Source: Anaerolineae bacterium
GTDB lineage: Bacteria; Chloroflexota; Anaerolineae; UBA1429
Length of the DNA: 64,000 bases
Assembly (NCBI GenBank): GCA_963675785.1
Contig: OY776562.1
Location: 1,920,001 to 1,984,000, forward strand
Direction of reading: 5' to 3'
Under the pieces are notes generated by a model. It had not been told where the DNA came from. It saw only the letters and a list, made by a program, of their open reading frames with translations, and did no database searches. Numbering within the stretch: position 1 is the first letter of the stretch; the number at the start of each line of letters is the position of its first letter. Below are positions 30,279-40,705 of this stretch, one piece after another. The translations under genes were made by a program, and so were the position numbers.

Positions 30279-31408
30279 GCACCATTGTTCGAACCAAGTA
30301 CCGTGTCGTACACCTGCACGGTCTCAGCAGCTGTACGCTCCCAGGAGAACTCACGGGATCTCGCCAGGCCCCGTTTGCTCAACACTGAGCGGCGCTCCTC
30401 ATCTTTGAGGAGTTCACAGATGGTCTCTCCGATCGCATCCACGTCATAGGGATCAAAGTACAGCGCGGCCCCCCCGCCAATCTCCGGCAGGCTTGAAATG
30501 CCGCTGGCGCATACCGGTGCTCCACAGGCCATAGCCTCAAGCACTGGCAAACCAAATCCCTCATACACCGAGGGTTGCACCACAACAGAAGCTCCAGCGT
30601 AAACAGCGGGCAAATCTGCATCAGCGACAAACCCGGGCATCACCACGCGGTCACGCCAATCTAGTTCGTCCAGATGCTGGAAAAAGCCCTCATAAAGCCA
30701 ACCACGCCCCCCCACAATAACCAGCCCATCAGCCAGGTCGCGGTCGAACACACGCTTGCAGGCGTCCACCAGACGGGTCAAATTCTTGCGGGGCTCGATG
30801 GTGCCTACCGTTAAAAGGTAACGCTCGGGCAGATTGTATTGTTCGCGAACCCTGGTAACAGCCTCAGAGCTCTGCGCATAGAATCGAGGCGAGGCCGCCT
30901 CATACACAACAGAAATTTTATTCGGGTCTGTACCGTATATCTCGACAAGGTCGCGGCGTGTTGATTCCGAGATGGCAATAATGCGCGATGCCCGACGAAC
31001 ATACAGTGGCATGGCCCTTGTCAAGTACTGATGATTGAGAGCCTTATGATGTTCGGGAAAACGCTCAAAGATAAGATCATGCACCGTCAATACGGTAGGC
31101 ATGTCAAGCCGCGGCAAAAGATGCTCAGTACCGTGAAAAAGCTCACCATTTGGCAAGAGGCGATCCATCCTGGTGCCCAAGAGCTGGCTGGCCCAAACCA
31201 AACTACGCCAGGGACGGTACCCCCAGCGAACACCAATCGCTGGATTCCCAGGCCAGTTAGGCAGTGGTCCTTTAGTGCCCAGGTTGTTCTGGAACAAGCG
31301 CATCCGATCGCCCAATAGCGGGTAAAGATGCAAGGCCAGCTCGGAAGCATAACGCCCCAAACCCGCTTTGGCATGTACAGCACTCGAAACATCGACGTAA
31401 ACAGACAT
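30275..31408 (-). CDS. GT4 glycosyltransferase
   Basis: TVHDL, VGTIEPRKN, EGFGLPVLEAMACG. Confidence 0.94.
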   Translation of the reverse strand: MSVYVDVSSAVHAKAGLGRYASELALHLYPLLGDRMRLFQNNLGTKGPLPNWPGNPAIGVRWGYRPWRSLVWASQLLGTRMDRLLPNGELFHGTEHLLPRLDMPTVLTVHDLIFERFPEHHKALNHQYLTRAMPLYVRRASRIIAISESTRRDLVEIYGTDPNKISVVYEAASPRFYAQSSEAVTRVREQYNLPERYLLTVGTIEPRKNLTRLVDACKRVFDRDLADGLVIVGGRGWLYEGFFQHLDELDWRDRVVMPGFVADADLPAVYAGASVVVQPSVYEGFGLPVLEAMACGAPVCASGISSLPEIGGGAALYFDPYDVDAIGETICELLKDEERRSVLSKRGLARSREFSWERTAAETVQVYDTVLGSNNGA

Positions 31409-31540
31409 CTATATCCAACTCTCCTATCGAACAAAAGCAGTATAGTCACCAGTGCCCGCGGGGCAAACCCATCCTTTGTGTCTCTTGAGCTAAACGCTCA
31501 AGACTGATAGAATCGCACACATACTGAGACGGAGCCTTCT

Positions 31541-33304
31541 ATGGACATCAAACAGGTACTGAGCCAAATCGAGCTATTCTCGGGGTTGAATGAAGAACAA
31601 ATTACATCTTTGGTGGATCTCGTGCAGGTGTACGATGTCAATCAAGGAGATGTCATCTCGCGCCAGGCTGATATCGGCGAGCATTTATACATTTTGTTGG
31701 AAGGAGAAGCAATCGTCCATCGCATTGACGAACAAGGCTTCCGCAAACCCATAACCCTGTTCGAACCCGGTAAAATCTACGGCGTCACGGCGCTTTTTCT
31801 TGATGCCCCGCGCGACGCGACGGTAACGATGGCTTCTGCCGGACAAATAGGCATCATAGAACGTCAAGCCTTTGAAGCCTTGCTCGATACAAGACCAGAT
31901 ATCGACAGAAAACTGCTATTGCCTGATGAACTCATCGACCAGCTCAACGCACCCGAATATGACTGGCTCGCAGATGGAGAGGTAGTGCTCTATGTGGGGC
32001 ATCGGCACTGGATGGTGTTTGTTGGCAGACTGCTGCGCGGGTTGTTCTGGCTGGCTATCTATGCTGGTGTCGCTTTTGGTACCTTGTTCTTGCTGCCCAC
32101 CCTTACCTTGAGACAACTCTTGTTACCTGGCCTCATTATCTATGTTCTGACTCTGGTATTCAAGTACATCGATTGGCGAGATGACGTTCTCATAGCCACA
32201 ACGAGGCGAATATCGCATCGAGAACGTATTGCTCTGCTCTACGAGACACTGCAAGAAGCACCTCTCGATCGCATCCAGAACATTAATGTAAACTACCATT
32301 TCCCGGGTTCCCTCTTCGGTTATGGCGATGTTACTTTTGCCACAGCCGCTCAAGTAGGAACCCTCGTTTTTAGCGGCCTGCCCAAACCCGAACAAGTTCG
32401 CGAGGTGATTTTTCAACAATTGGAGGACCTGCGTGCCTCACGCAAGGCTTCTCAGCAGGATGTCATCCGCCAGGAGCTGACCAACCGCCTGGTGAGTGAA
32501 TCAGAAATCGACGAGAGTTCTGAAGAGATCCCTCTGCCAGAGACGCAGGTATCTGCCTTACCGATCGAACGGCCAGCCGATACTAGCCCCTTTGTCGAAA
32601 GCACGAGCGACGAATCAGCTACACCACCAAGCGGATTATCTCGCACTGTAGGGTGGCTAACAAAGCAGGGGTTTATCCCGCGCTCGCGATTTGAGGAGAA
32701 TGGCACTGTGACCTGGCGCAAACACTGGCTCTTTTTGCTAAGCAACATGCTACGTCCATTGGTGCTCACAGCTGCACTCATCTTTCTCACAGTACTGGCC
32801 TATCGCGGCATTCCCGATATCATCATAGAGATGTTTCCCGGTTATGCCATCGTGTTGACCATTGTCGCTATACTAAGCCTTGGATGGTTCTGGTGGACCG
32901 CCAACGATTGGGCTAACGATCTCTATATTATCACAGCAGATCGTATTATCGATGTCGAACGACGCCCTCTCTCTTTATCGCTAGAGCGACGCGAAGCCAG
33001 CCTGGGTATGATTCAAAATGTATCATTGAACGTGGGGAATGTTTTTGCGGCCGTTTTTAATTTTGGCGATGTAATCATCCAAACTGCCGGGGCTGGTGAT
33101 TTCACTTTTCGCCGTGTAGCCGACCCTCGCAGGGTACAGCGTGAGGTCTTTGATTATCTGGAAGCATTCCGCGAAAAGCAACGGCAACAAGATGCCGCCC
33201 AACGTCGCAGTGAACTCTCCGAGTGGCTTACCGTCTATGATCAGATGCGCCGTCCTGAGCAGAACAACGACGCATCCGAGAATGAGTCTAAACCAGGGAT
33301 CTGA
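31541..33304 (+). CDS. cyclic-nucleotide-binding domain membrane protein with two bacterial PH (bPH_2-like) domains
   Basis: N-terminal cNMP fold (LFSGL..LYILLEGEA..YGVTALF..PRDATV), then two [H-W, 2 TM, I.T.RI..IQN...F.(Y/F)GDV...TA] modules. Confidence 0.8.
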   Translation: MDIKQVLSQIELFSGLNEEQITSLVDLVQVYDVNQGDVISRQADIGEHLYILLEGEAIVHRIDEQGFRKPITLFEPGKIYGVTALFLDAPRDATVTMASAGQIGIIERQAFEALLDTRPDIDRKLLLPDELIDQLNAPEYDWLADGEVVLYVGHRHWMVFVGRLLRGLFWLAIYAGVAFGTLFLLPTLTLRQLLLPGLIIYVLTLVFKYIDWRDDVLIATTRRISHRERIALLYETLQEAPLDRIQNINVNYHFPGSLFGYGDVTFATAAQVGTLVFSGLPKPEQVREVIFQQLEDLRASRKASQQDVIRQELTNRLVSESEIDESSEEIPLPETQVSALPIERPADTSPFVESTSDESATPPSGLSRTVGWLTKQGFIPRSRFEENGTVTWRKHWLFLLSNMLRPLVLTAALIFLTVLAYRGIPDIIIEMFPGYAIVLTIVAILSLGWFWWTANDWANDLYIITADRIIDVERRPLSLSLERREASLGMIQNVSLNVGNVFAAVFNFGDVIIQTAGAGDFTFRRVADPRRVQREVFDYLEAFREKQRQQDAAQRRSELSEWLTVYDQMRRPEQNNDASENESKPGI

Positions 33305-34241
33305 CCACTGGCAATCCAGTCAAAATGCCCTGCCGCCAGCTGCTAAGCGTGTTCCGCTGCCAGGTGTTCATCTTGTCTCCCCATTCCTGTGTGAAAACCG
33401 TATACAGCAGCATCCGGCGGTAATCCAAGAACAAGGGCAACTGCTCAAGCCATCCATCGGTTAGTTGGTGCTCTTTTGAATAACCCCCATAAAAACTGCC
33501 GAAACAGCGGCGCAGCATCGCTGTGCGCGTTTCACCGTAACGGGGTTTGCCCAGCCAGGCCCACATAAAAGCTGCCACACCGATATCGGTGCAAAACCAG
33601 TGATAGCAACAAACGCTGAAATCGATAGCGACAAGACCCTCTGGTGATAGAATCAGGTTGTTTTGGTGCAGGTCGTTATGTACCACACCATAGGCGCTGG
33701 GTTCCTGCGAAAGCATGCTGAGGCGAGTTTTCATCTGCTCCCACTTGTCGCGAATTGCATCTTCCTTGCACCACAAAGCGAAAACGCTACATTCATCCTC
33801 CCAGCTAGGCAGCGCTTCAGATTCAAAACCAGGTGCAAGAGCATGCATTCGGCCTAAAAGCTGCCCCCACTGCTGAAGCAACTCTCCATCACCGCTCAAC
33901 ATGGTATCCAGATCGGGTGGCTGTCCGGTTATTCGAGCATGGAGCGTTAGAGCATATTGCATGTCTTCTGCATCAAGAATAGGAACATCCTCGCCACCGG
34001 TAGCAGCAACGAGCGCGGCAGTAGCTACCCCTTGCTGGGCTACAAAGCTGCGAAAAGCCTCGCGGGCGCGAATGCGAGGCAGATCGTCCGCAGCCATAGG
34101 GATGATTTTCAGAATGCATGGGCCACCAGGTCCCACGACCTCATAGACAGCTCCATCCGAGCCGCCAAGTGAACGGATTATTCGTAGGCCCGGGGGATAA
34201 AGCCCAATAGCGCGTTCCAGCAATTCTTTTGGAACGTTCAT
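33288..34241 (-). CDS. APH/homoserine-kinase-type phosphotransferase
   Basis: LGRMH, HNDLHQNNLI, IDF motifs. Confidence 0.85.
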   Translation of the reverse strand: MNVPKELLERAIGLYPPGLRIIRSLGGSDGAVYEVVGPGGPCILKIIPMAADDLPRIRAREAFRSFVAQQGVATAALVAATGGEDVPILDAEDMQYALTLHARITGQPPDLDTMLSGDGELLQQWGQLLGRMHALAPGFESEALPSWEDECSVFALWCKEDAIRDKWEQMKTRLSMLSQEPSAYGVVHNDLHQNNLILSPEGLVAIDFSVCCYHWFCTDIGVAAFMWAWLGKPRYGETRTAMLRRCFGSFYGGYSKEHQLTDGWLEQLPLFLDYRRMLLYTVFTQEWGDKMNTWQRNTLSSWRQGILTGLPVVRSLV

Positions 34242-34335
34242 TTTTTCTCCTGAGCATAAAGTAGCCTATGGAATCAGTTGAACCAGTCCATCCAACATGA
34301 TAGAGTACGCCTAATCAGAGTCAAGGAGATACGCC

Positions 34336-35091
34336 ATGTATATTGATGCAGATACTCACGTCTCTAGCAGAAATGTGCCCGGGGAAATTAGCATCGATGA
34401 GCTAATCCGCCGCATGGATGAGATAGGGGTTGATAGAGCAGTCGCCTGGCCCATGCTTTCGTATCAGCGCGAAATCAACAGTGACAATGCCACTATCCAT
34501 GCCGGTTACATGGCTCATCCCGACCGCATCATCCCCTTTGGAGGCGTGAATCCACGTCTGGGGATAGAACAAGCACGTGATGAGCTTGAACGGTGCATCA
34601 AAGTGTACGGTATGCGCGGCGTCAAGCTCAATGGTGCACGCGACGTCTTTTATATCGACGACCCCGAGCTAAGCCTGCCATTGGTGGACATGATTGCCGA
34701 GGCCGGGTTGATTTTGGCCTTTCATTGCGGCGTCAACGATTTTGAGCGTACCCACCCATTTCGCATCGCCAAAATCAGCAAGCGCCACCCCAACCTCAAG
34801 ATCATGCTGGTGCACATGGGCGGTGCGGGCAGCCCTGCCCTGCATAATGCCGTCATCGAGCTAGCTGCCGAAAACCCTAGCTGGTACCTCATCGATTCAG
34901 AAGCCGACTATCGCGCAGTGCTCAAGGCGCTACAGGTGCTGGGCTCTGAGAGGATCTGTTATGGGAGTGATACGCCTTTTTGCCCGATGCGCTATGAATG
35001 GGGGATACGGCAGGTTATCTATCAGGATTTGAGTGAGAATGAGCGCGCTAATGTGCTGGGCGGCAACATGGCCCGACTGTTGGGCCTGTAA
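34336..35091 (+). CDS. amidohydrolase family 2 protein
   Basis: IDADTH, RGVKL, FHCG, VHMG, YGSDTP, VLGGNMARLL. Confidence 0.88.
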   Translation: MYIDADTHVSSRNVPGEISIDELIRRMDEIGVDRAVAWPMLSYQREINSDNATIHAGYMAHPDRIIPFGGVNPRLGIEQARDELERCIKVYGMRGVKLNGARDVFYIDDPELSLPLVDMIAEAGLILAFHCGVNDFERTHPFRIAKISKRHPNLKIMLVHMGGAGSPALHNAVIELAAENPSWYLIDSEADYRAVLKALQVLGSERICYGSDTPFCPMRYEWGIRQVIYQDLSENERANVLGGNMARLLGL

Positions 35092-35180
35092 CATGACACG
35101 TGGCTTGTTGCGGTAATCACAATGAGCCGATTATTGGCATCCTCGCAAAGCAATGTGCGGAAGCGCTAGAATGGTTGTGC

Positions 35181-35690
35181 ATGAGATTACGAAATATAGC
35201 TTGTATCTATATCCTTGATGACACGCGCATACTGATGTTGAACAAGGTTGGCTCCAAGATATTCAAAGAGCCTTTGTGGGTTGGCGCGGGTGGACATTTT
35301 GAAGAGGATGAACTGAACGACCCAGATAAATGTGTTCTGAGAGAGCTTGATGAAGAAACCGGAATAGGTTTCGAAGATATTGAGGGGCTGACGCTAAAGT
35401 ACATCACCCTGAGACAGACAAGCCAGGAAATACGGCAGCAGTACATCTACTTTGCAAGCCTGTACAACAAGGATGTCGTCCTCCGCCCCTGTGATGAAGG
35501 CCCTTTGGCCTGGATAGACACTCAAGAGATATTCAATTTAAGAATGTCTCTTACAAACGCGACCTGCCTGCATCACTATTTTGAAACGGGTCGAAACAAC
35601 CGTAATTGCTACACCGCAACAATAAACATGCTAAACGGCGAACCAACCGTCCACATTAGCCGCTTATGGCCTATTGAAAGAGACTACTAG
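35181..35690 (+). CDS. NUDIX hydrolase
   Basis: GGHFEEDELNDPDKCVLRELDEETGI Nudix box; start set at MRLRN. Confidence 0.87.
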   Translation: MRLRNIACIYILDDTRILMLNKVGSKIFKEPLWVGAGGHFEEDELNDPDKCVLRELDEETGIGFEDIEGLTLKYITLRQTSQEIRQQYIYFASLYNKDVVLRPCDEGPLAWIDTQEIFNLRMSLTNATCLHHYFETGRNNRNCYTATINMLNGEPTVHISRLWPIERDY

Positions 35691-35717
35691 TCTCGCATCC
35701 CAGACTTGTACAAAACA

Positions 35718-35747
35718 AAGAGGCAGTGCAATCATGCACTGCCTCTT
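35718..35747. terminator. terminator between convergent genes
   Basis: AAGAGGCAGTGCA-atca-TGCACTGCCTCTT. Confidence 0.8.
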
Positions 35748-35768
35748 GTACATCAAGCAACCCCACAT

Positions 35769-36809
35769 CTAAAAGAATAGCTTGGCAAAACCCAGAATAC
35801 CCTGCTTCCAGGGCACTCGATGTGAGACGCCCGAACTGTGTTCGAACTGCTGGATGTTATCCAGATACCAGCGATAGTTGCGCACCAACGCATCCTTGTT
35901 CGAGTAAATAGGCTGAAAACCAAGTATTTGCTTGGCCTTGTCGATGGACACAAAAGAGTCCTTGGAAGCCGTCTCATAGACCCACTTGTAAAGGGGTGAG
36001 AGGTGCAGCAACTCTAGGAATCTGAGCGTCCAGATCATGGGGGTTGCAGGAAAGCCCTTGATCTTTTTGCCAAACCCAGCGACGTTCAAGACTTGCTGAT
36101 AATCTTCTTTCATGGTGGTGTACTCTTCGGCACCAATATTGAATGTGTCGTTGACGACATCCTTGTCCAACGTCGCGCAGAGATAGATAGCCGCACACAG
36201 ATCATAGACGTCCAAAAGTTGATAGCGATTGTTCCCACTGCCGATCATCGGGAACCCACGGCCGTCCTTTGCCCAGTCGTAAAACAATGCGAAAACACCC
36301 AATCGTTCCGGACCGATAAAGGACTTGGGGCGAATGACGGGCACACACATGCCCTTGGTACGATATTCAAAGCAAATCTCTTCAGCAGCAATTTTGGCCT
36401 CGCCATAAGGGCCCACCCCATCGAGGAGGTCATCCTCCTTTAGGGGATGATGATCAGGGATGCCGTACACCGCTGTAGAAGAAATCTGGATGACGCGCTC
36501 AACATCCAGCTCGTAAGCTGATTGCAGCACGTTCCGTGTACCGTTGATATCGGTCGAAAAAATGTCTTCCTTTTTGTAGAGCGGAAGGGCCGCGGCAGTA
36601 TGCACAACGATATCGCTGCCCTTCATGGCCTCTTTGAGAGCAGCATAATCTCGAATGTCGCCTTTGACAGCGGTAATCTCATCCTTGCAATCGGCATAGT
36701 CAAAATCGGCCATATCATAGGATGTAACCTTGTGTCCTTTTTCAAGCAAAAAGCGCACAAGGTTAATGCCCAGGAATCCGGCGCCACCGGTAATAAAGTA
36801 ATTCGACAC
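35769..36809 (-). CDS. NAD-dependent epimerase/dehydratase (extended SDR)
   Basis: TGGAGFLG, SSTAVYG, YGEAK. Confidence 0.92.
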   Translation of the reverse strand: MSNYFITGGAGFLGINLVRFLLEKGHKVTSYDMADFDYADCKDEITAVKGDIRDYAALKEAMKGSDIVVHTAAALPLYKKEDIFSTDINGTRNVLQSAYELDVERVIQISSTAVYGIPDHHPLKEDDLLDGVGPYGEAKIAAEEICFEYRTKGMCVPVIRPKSFIGPERLGVFALFYDWAKDGRGFPMIGSGNNRYQLLDVYDLCAAIYLCATLDKDVVNDTFNIGAEEYTTMKEDYQQVLNVAGFGKKIKGFPATPMIWTLRFLELLHLSPLYKWVYETASKDSFVSIDKAKQILGFQPIYSNKDALVRNYRWYLDNIQQFEHSSGVSHRVPWKQGILGFAKLFF

Positions 36810-36969
36810 GTTATTGCCTCCCTTGGTTTACGGGATAAGGTACAAACAAGACAGCTTGACTATCAGCTACAATATAGCCCGTTTGTACGCGTGCTAAAAA
36901 TGGCCGGCTTAATGCACTCCAGTGATGCTCATCTGTAAGAAACACGAATGAATTACGCCACATAAGCAA

Positions 36970-36996
36970 AACGGCCCGTTCGATTAACGGGCCGTT
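36970..36996. terminator. hairpin after the UROD-family gene
   Basis: AACGGCCCGTT-cgatt-AACGGGCCGTT. Confidence 0.7.
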
Positions 36997-37010
36997 GTTT
37001 AGTTCGTGCA

Positions 37011-38126
37011 TCACTTGTCGTAGCGGGCAAAATTCTGCGTGAGCCACATAAGATAGCGCATACGACCCACTCCAGTTCCAGCGGCTAACGAGCCGGCTGT
37101 GGCGATGTTCAAGCCACCGCTGGCCCCTGCCTTGTCAAAGTCCGAGATAAAGCGCTCGCGAATCTCTTCCGGCGTACCGTTGCGCAAGAGAATAGGCGGC
37201 ATGTGTCCATTGATATACGCTTCGGGCATCTTTTCGCGGATAAGTGCTACATTCACATCCGGACCATAGTTCACATCCCGAATGCCCAATTCGTACTGCA
37301 TATCCAGCAAATGACCCATAGAGCTATCCGAATGCTGATAACGGCGAGCATTACCAGGAGCCATGGCGTTCAACACCCGCTCCAAAACAGGGTAGCAATA
37401 CTTTTTGTACATGCGCGGGCTAAAGAGCGCACAGTTGTCATCGGTAATCCACCAGCCTGGGTACTCATTTCCGCTGAACTCGCGCAAAATGGTGTTGAAC
37501 TCGACCATCTTTTCGGCCAGGATATCGCTAAAGCGCTTGATAAGCTTGGGACGATCGACAACCCAATAGAACAAAGGCTCTGCCTCTAACACCGAGGTCA
37601 TGATCGTGGCAGGGCCGCGGCTGCCAGTGCCCAGCAGAGGCAATCGCTTGCCAGCAGCCTTACGCTCTTCCCACTCTTGCAGAAACTCGGGAGGAAAGCT
37701 CCAAGTTCGTAGGTCGGTGGCCTCGGCCTCATCCAAAATACGAGCAAACTCGTCCGGATCGCGTGTTACCGACGTTAGCCAGGGCGTGCCATGTTCGGCA
37801 TAGGTGAAATAGCAGCCAAAGAGGTTCTCAATGCGCTTGGGATCATGCTCCCAGGTATCCTCAGGGAAAAAGGCCCTGCCCGTATATTCAAGGGTGATCC
37901 TGTTGGATTCCTTGTGCAAAGCATCGCGATAGGCCTTGTCATGGTAATAACGCAATGTGGATTCCACATTGAGAAACTCGAAAAGCCAGTGATCATCTGG
38001 CGAAAAAGCCAAAGAGGCGCGGGGCTTGTCTGTGGTAAATTCAGTGCAAAGCGCATTCTCTTCCCAAAACGCCTGAGGATCCAGATCTGCTGTCAGTTCC
38101 ATGAAATCGCGCTCTATAATAGCCAA
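37011..38126 (-). CDS. uroporphyrinogen decarboxylase-family / MtaA-like protein
   Basis: GPATI, DDNCALFSP..Y, HSDS, GHMPP.LL.GTPEEI; TTG start after GGAGG. Confidence 0.72.
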   Translation of the reverse strand: MAIIERDFMELTADLDPQAFWEENALCTEFTTDKPRASLAFSPDDHWLFEFLNVESTLRYYHDKAYRDALHKESNRITLEYTGRAFFPEDTWEHDPKRIENLFGCYFTYAEHGTPWLTSVTRDPDEFARILDEAEATDLRTWSFPPEFLQEWEERKAAGKRLPLLGTGSRGPATIMTSVLEAEPLFYWVVDRPKLIKRFSDILAEKMVEFNTILREFSGNEYPGWWITDDNCALFSPRMYKKYCYPVLERVLNAMAPGNARRYQHSDSSMGHLLDMQYELGIRDVNYGPDVNVALIREKMPEAYINGHMPPILLRNGTPEEIRERFISDFDKAGASGGLNIATAGSLAAGTGVGRMRYLMWLTQNFARYDK

Positions 38127-38255
38127 AGTATCAACCTCCATTCTGATTCTGCAACAAGCATCATAGCCTGCTGCCCATGCCGTGTCCCGACTTTTTCGGC
38201 CCCCCACGACATCAAGCGTAATATAACCGCACAGGCTTGATTTGTCGACTGAACT

Positions 38256-38283
38256 AAAAAGGCCGTCCTCGAAAGGACGGCCT
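38256..38283 (-). terminator. terminator of the pst operon
   Basis: AGGCCGTCCT-TTCG-AGGACGGCCT-TTTT on the minus strand. Confidence 0.88.
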
Positions 38284-38295
38284 GCAAGCGATTCT

Positions 38296-38955
38296 CTAGT
38301 GAGAATCGAGCTCTTTCATCTCGCCAGTAACACTAAAGACGATGCGTTCACAAATGTTGGTAACCCGGTCGGCTGCGCGCTCCAGATTGTGTGCCGCCCA
38401 CATGAGCAGCGTCGCCTGGTCTAGCGTCGTCGGATCATCCATAATGCTTCGAATCAGGTCCTGGTACACGCGATTATAGAGGGCATCCACTTGATCATCC
38501 TCAGCCGGCAGAGCCCTAGCAACTTCGGTATTCTCATCCACAAAGGCCTGAAGGGCCCGGCGCAGCATATCAAGCGCCTTGTCCAGCATGAGGGGAATAT
38601 CAACCAACGGTTTGATCAGTTCGCGATCGCCAATCAACAAATTGATTTTGCTGATACCCTTGGCGTAATCACCGGTGCGCTCGAGCTCAGTGGCAATCTC
38701 TAGAACGGCTGCCAGAACGCGTAAATCGCGCGCCATGGGCGATTGAGTTGCAATCACCGCCAGCGCATCCGCTTCGATCGCAAAGCGCTTGGCATTGATA
38801 CGCTCATCCTCGGCGATGAGCCGTCGAGAGCCATCGAGGTCACGCGCTTTCAAGTAATTCACCGAGCGCAGCAAAGCCTCTTCTACCATACTGCCCAGAG
38901 CGAGGATATCAGCCTTGAGCCGGTCAATTTCTCTGTCCAGGGTTTGTCTCGTCAT
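38296..38955 (-). CDS. phoU: phosphate signalling protein PhoU
   Basis: QSPMARDLR, ELERTGDYA, NLERAADRVTNICE. Confidence 0.96.
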   Translation of the reverse strand: MTRQTLDREIDRLKADILALGSMVEEALLRSVNYLKARDLDGSRRLIAEDERINAKRFAIEADALAVIATQSPMARDLRVLAAVLEIATELERTGDYAKGISKINLLIGDRELIKPLVDIPLMLDKALDMLRRALQAFVDENTEVARALPAEDDQVDALYNRVYQDLIRSIMDDPTTLDQATLLMWAAHNLERAADRVTNICERIVFSVTGEMKELDSH

Positions 38956-38993
38956 GTTGTCTCCTCGTCAGCTATGGCCACAGGCCAGAGGCA

Positions 38994-39758
38994 TCACCCA
39001 AAGCGCCCGGTAATGTACTGCTCAGTTAGATTTTCTTTTGGATGCGTAAACACACCGCGCGTCTCACCGAATTCGACGAGATACCCTGCACGATCCTCAC
39101 CCATGTTGAAAAAGGCAGTGTAATCCGAGGCGCGTGCGGCCTGCTGCATGTTATGCGTCACAATGACAATAGTATAGTCTTTTTTGAGCTCCTGGATAAG
39201 CTCTTCGATGCGCAAAGTGGCGACAGGATCCAGAGCAGAGGCCGGTTCATCCATGAGAATGACCTCCGGCTCGACAGCCAACGCGCGTGCGATGCACAAA
39301 CGCTGCTGTTGACCGCCCGAAAGCGCCAGTGCCGACTTGCCTAGATTATCCTTGACTTCACCCCACAGGGCCGCCGCCTTGAGGCTGCGCTCGCAAATCT
39401 CTTCGAGCAGGCTATGATCGCGCAAACCGTGGGCCCGGCAACCGTAGATGACATTCTCAAAAATCGATTTGGGAAAGGGGTTGGGGCGCTGAAAGACCAT
39501 ACCCACCCGCTTGCGCAAATCGACAATGTCCAGGCTATAGAGATCATCCTCATCGAGCGAGATGCTGCCCTCTATGCGCGTATTGGGAATGAGCTCATTC
39601 ATACGATTGAAACTCCGCAAAAAAGTGCTTTTGCCACACCCCGAAGGGCCAATGATAGACGTGATACGGCGTTCAGGAATATCGAGATTCACATCTCGAA
39701 GCGCCCGAAAGCTGCCATAGAACACATTCACATCTCGAACGTGTAGTTTTGTTGCCAT
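38994..39758 (-). CDS. pstB: phosphate ABC transporter ATPase
   Basis: [43 protein letters not shown]. Confidence 0.97.
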   Translation of the reverse strand: MATKLHVRDVNVFYGSFRALRDVNLDIPERRITSIIGPSGCGKSTFLRSFNRMNELIPNTRIEGSISLDEDDLYSLDIVDLRKRVGMVFQRPNPFPKSIFENVIYGCRAHGLRDHSLLEEICERSLKAAALWGEVKDNLGKSALALSGGQQQRLCIARALAVEPEVILMDEPASALDPVATLRIEELIQELKKDYTIVIVTHNMQQAARASDYTAFFNMGEDRAGYLVEFGETRGVFTHPKENLTEQYITGRFG

Positions 39759-39766
39759 ACGATCCT

Positions 39767-40705
39767 CTATTTCCCAGAGAGCCTGGCCGTCAAGCGGCTC
39801 GACGTATAGTTGATTAACAAGTTGATGATAATGATAACGATAATAAGCACGGCCGCCGTACCCATGGCCTTGTCAAAAGCAGTCGTTTCGGAGGCCAGCA
39901 CGTACACATGCAAAGCCATGGTGCGCCCAGAGGACATAACGCCCTCAGGCAGGCGATAGCTTCCACCCAGCGTAACCCAAAAGATGGCTGTCTCGGCAAT
40001 GATGCGACCTACACTCAGTACCACGCCAGTGATGACGCCCGGCATTGCTGCGGGTAGAATCACATTGGCCGTCGTTTGCCATTTCGTAGCACCCAGAGCC
40101 AAACTGCCCTCGCGAAAAGAACGCGGCACGGCCAATAGAGCTTCTTCCGAAGTGCGGATGATAGTCGGCAAAACCAGGCAGGCCCCGCTCAAGCTGGCCG
40201 AAAGCAGTGAAAATCCAAAATTGAGTGCTGAAACGAACAGGGCAAAGCCAAACAGGCCAAAGATGATCGAGGGAACGCCGGCCAGAATCTCGATGCAGGT
40301 TCTTACCACCGTTACGAACGCATGGATGACCTTGCTCTTGCGCTCTTGATCAGCGGCATATTCGGTCAAATAGATAGCCGCACCCACCCCGATCGGAGCC
40401 GCCATGGCAATGGTCAAAACCACAAGGTAAATCGTCGTCACAATAGTGGTCGACATACCTCCCTCGCCAGAGACCCCACCTGCTGGGCGTGTGGTAAGGA
40501 ATTCTAAGTTGAGATAAGCGCCACCCTTGACTAAAACATACCCAATGATGATGAGCAAAGCCGCTATCACAATCGCTGCAAAAAGCCACAAGACGCCAAA
40601 TGCTATCTTTTGCGTCCAATGACGCTGCCGCTGATTGCGAGTCCAATCGATTCTGCGGGTTTCGGAAACATTCAATGATTTATCTGCATAGTCAATGCCC
40701 GCCAT
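39767..40705 (-). CDS. pstA: phosphate ABC transporter permease
   Basis: [35 protein letters not shown]. Confidence 0.95.
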   Translation of the reverse strand: MAGIDYADKSLNVSETRRIDWTRNQRQRHWTQKIAFGVLWLFAAIVIAALLIIIGYVLVKGGAYLNLEFLTTRPAGGVSGEGGMSTTIVTTIYLVVLTIAMAAPIGVGAAIYLTEYAADQERKSKVIHAFVTVVRTCIEILAGVPSIIFGLFGFALFVSALNFGFSLLSASLSGACLVLPTIIRTSEEALLAVPRSFREGSLALGATKWQTTANVILPAAMPGVITGVVLSVGRIIAETAIFWVTLGGSYRLPEGVMSSGRTMALHVYVLASETTAFDKAMGTAAVLIIVIIIINLLINYTSSRLTARLSGK

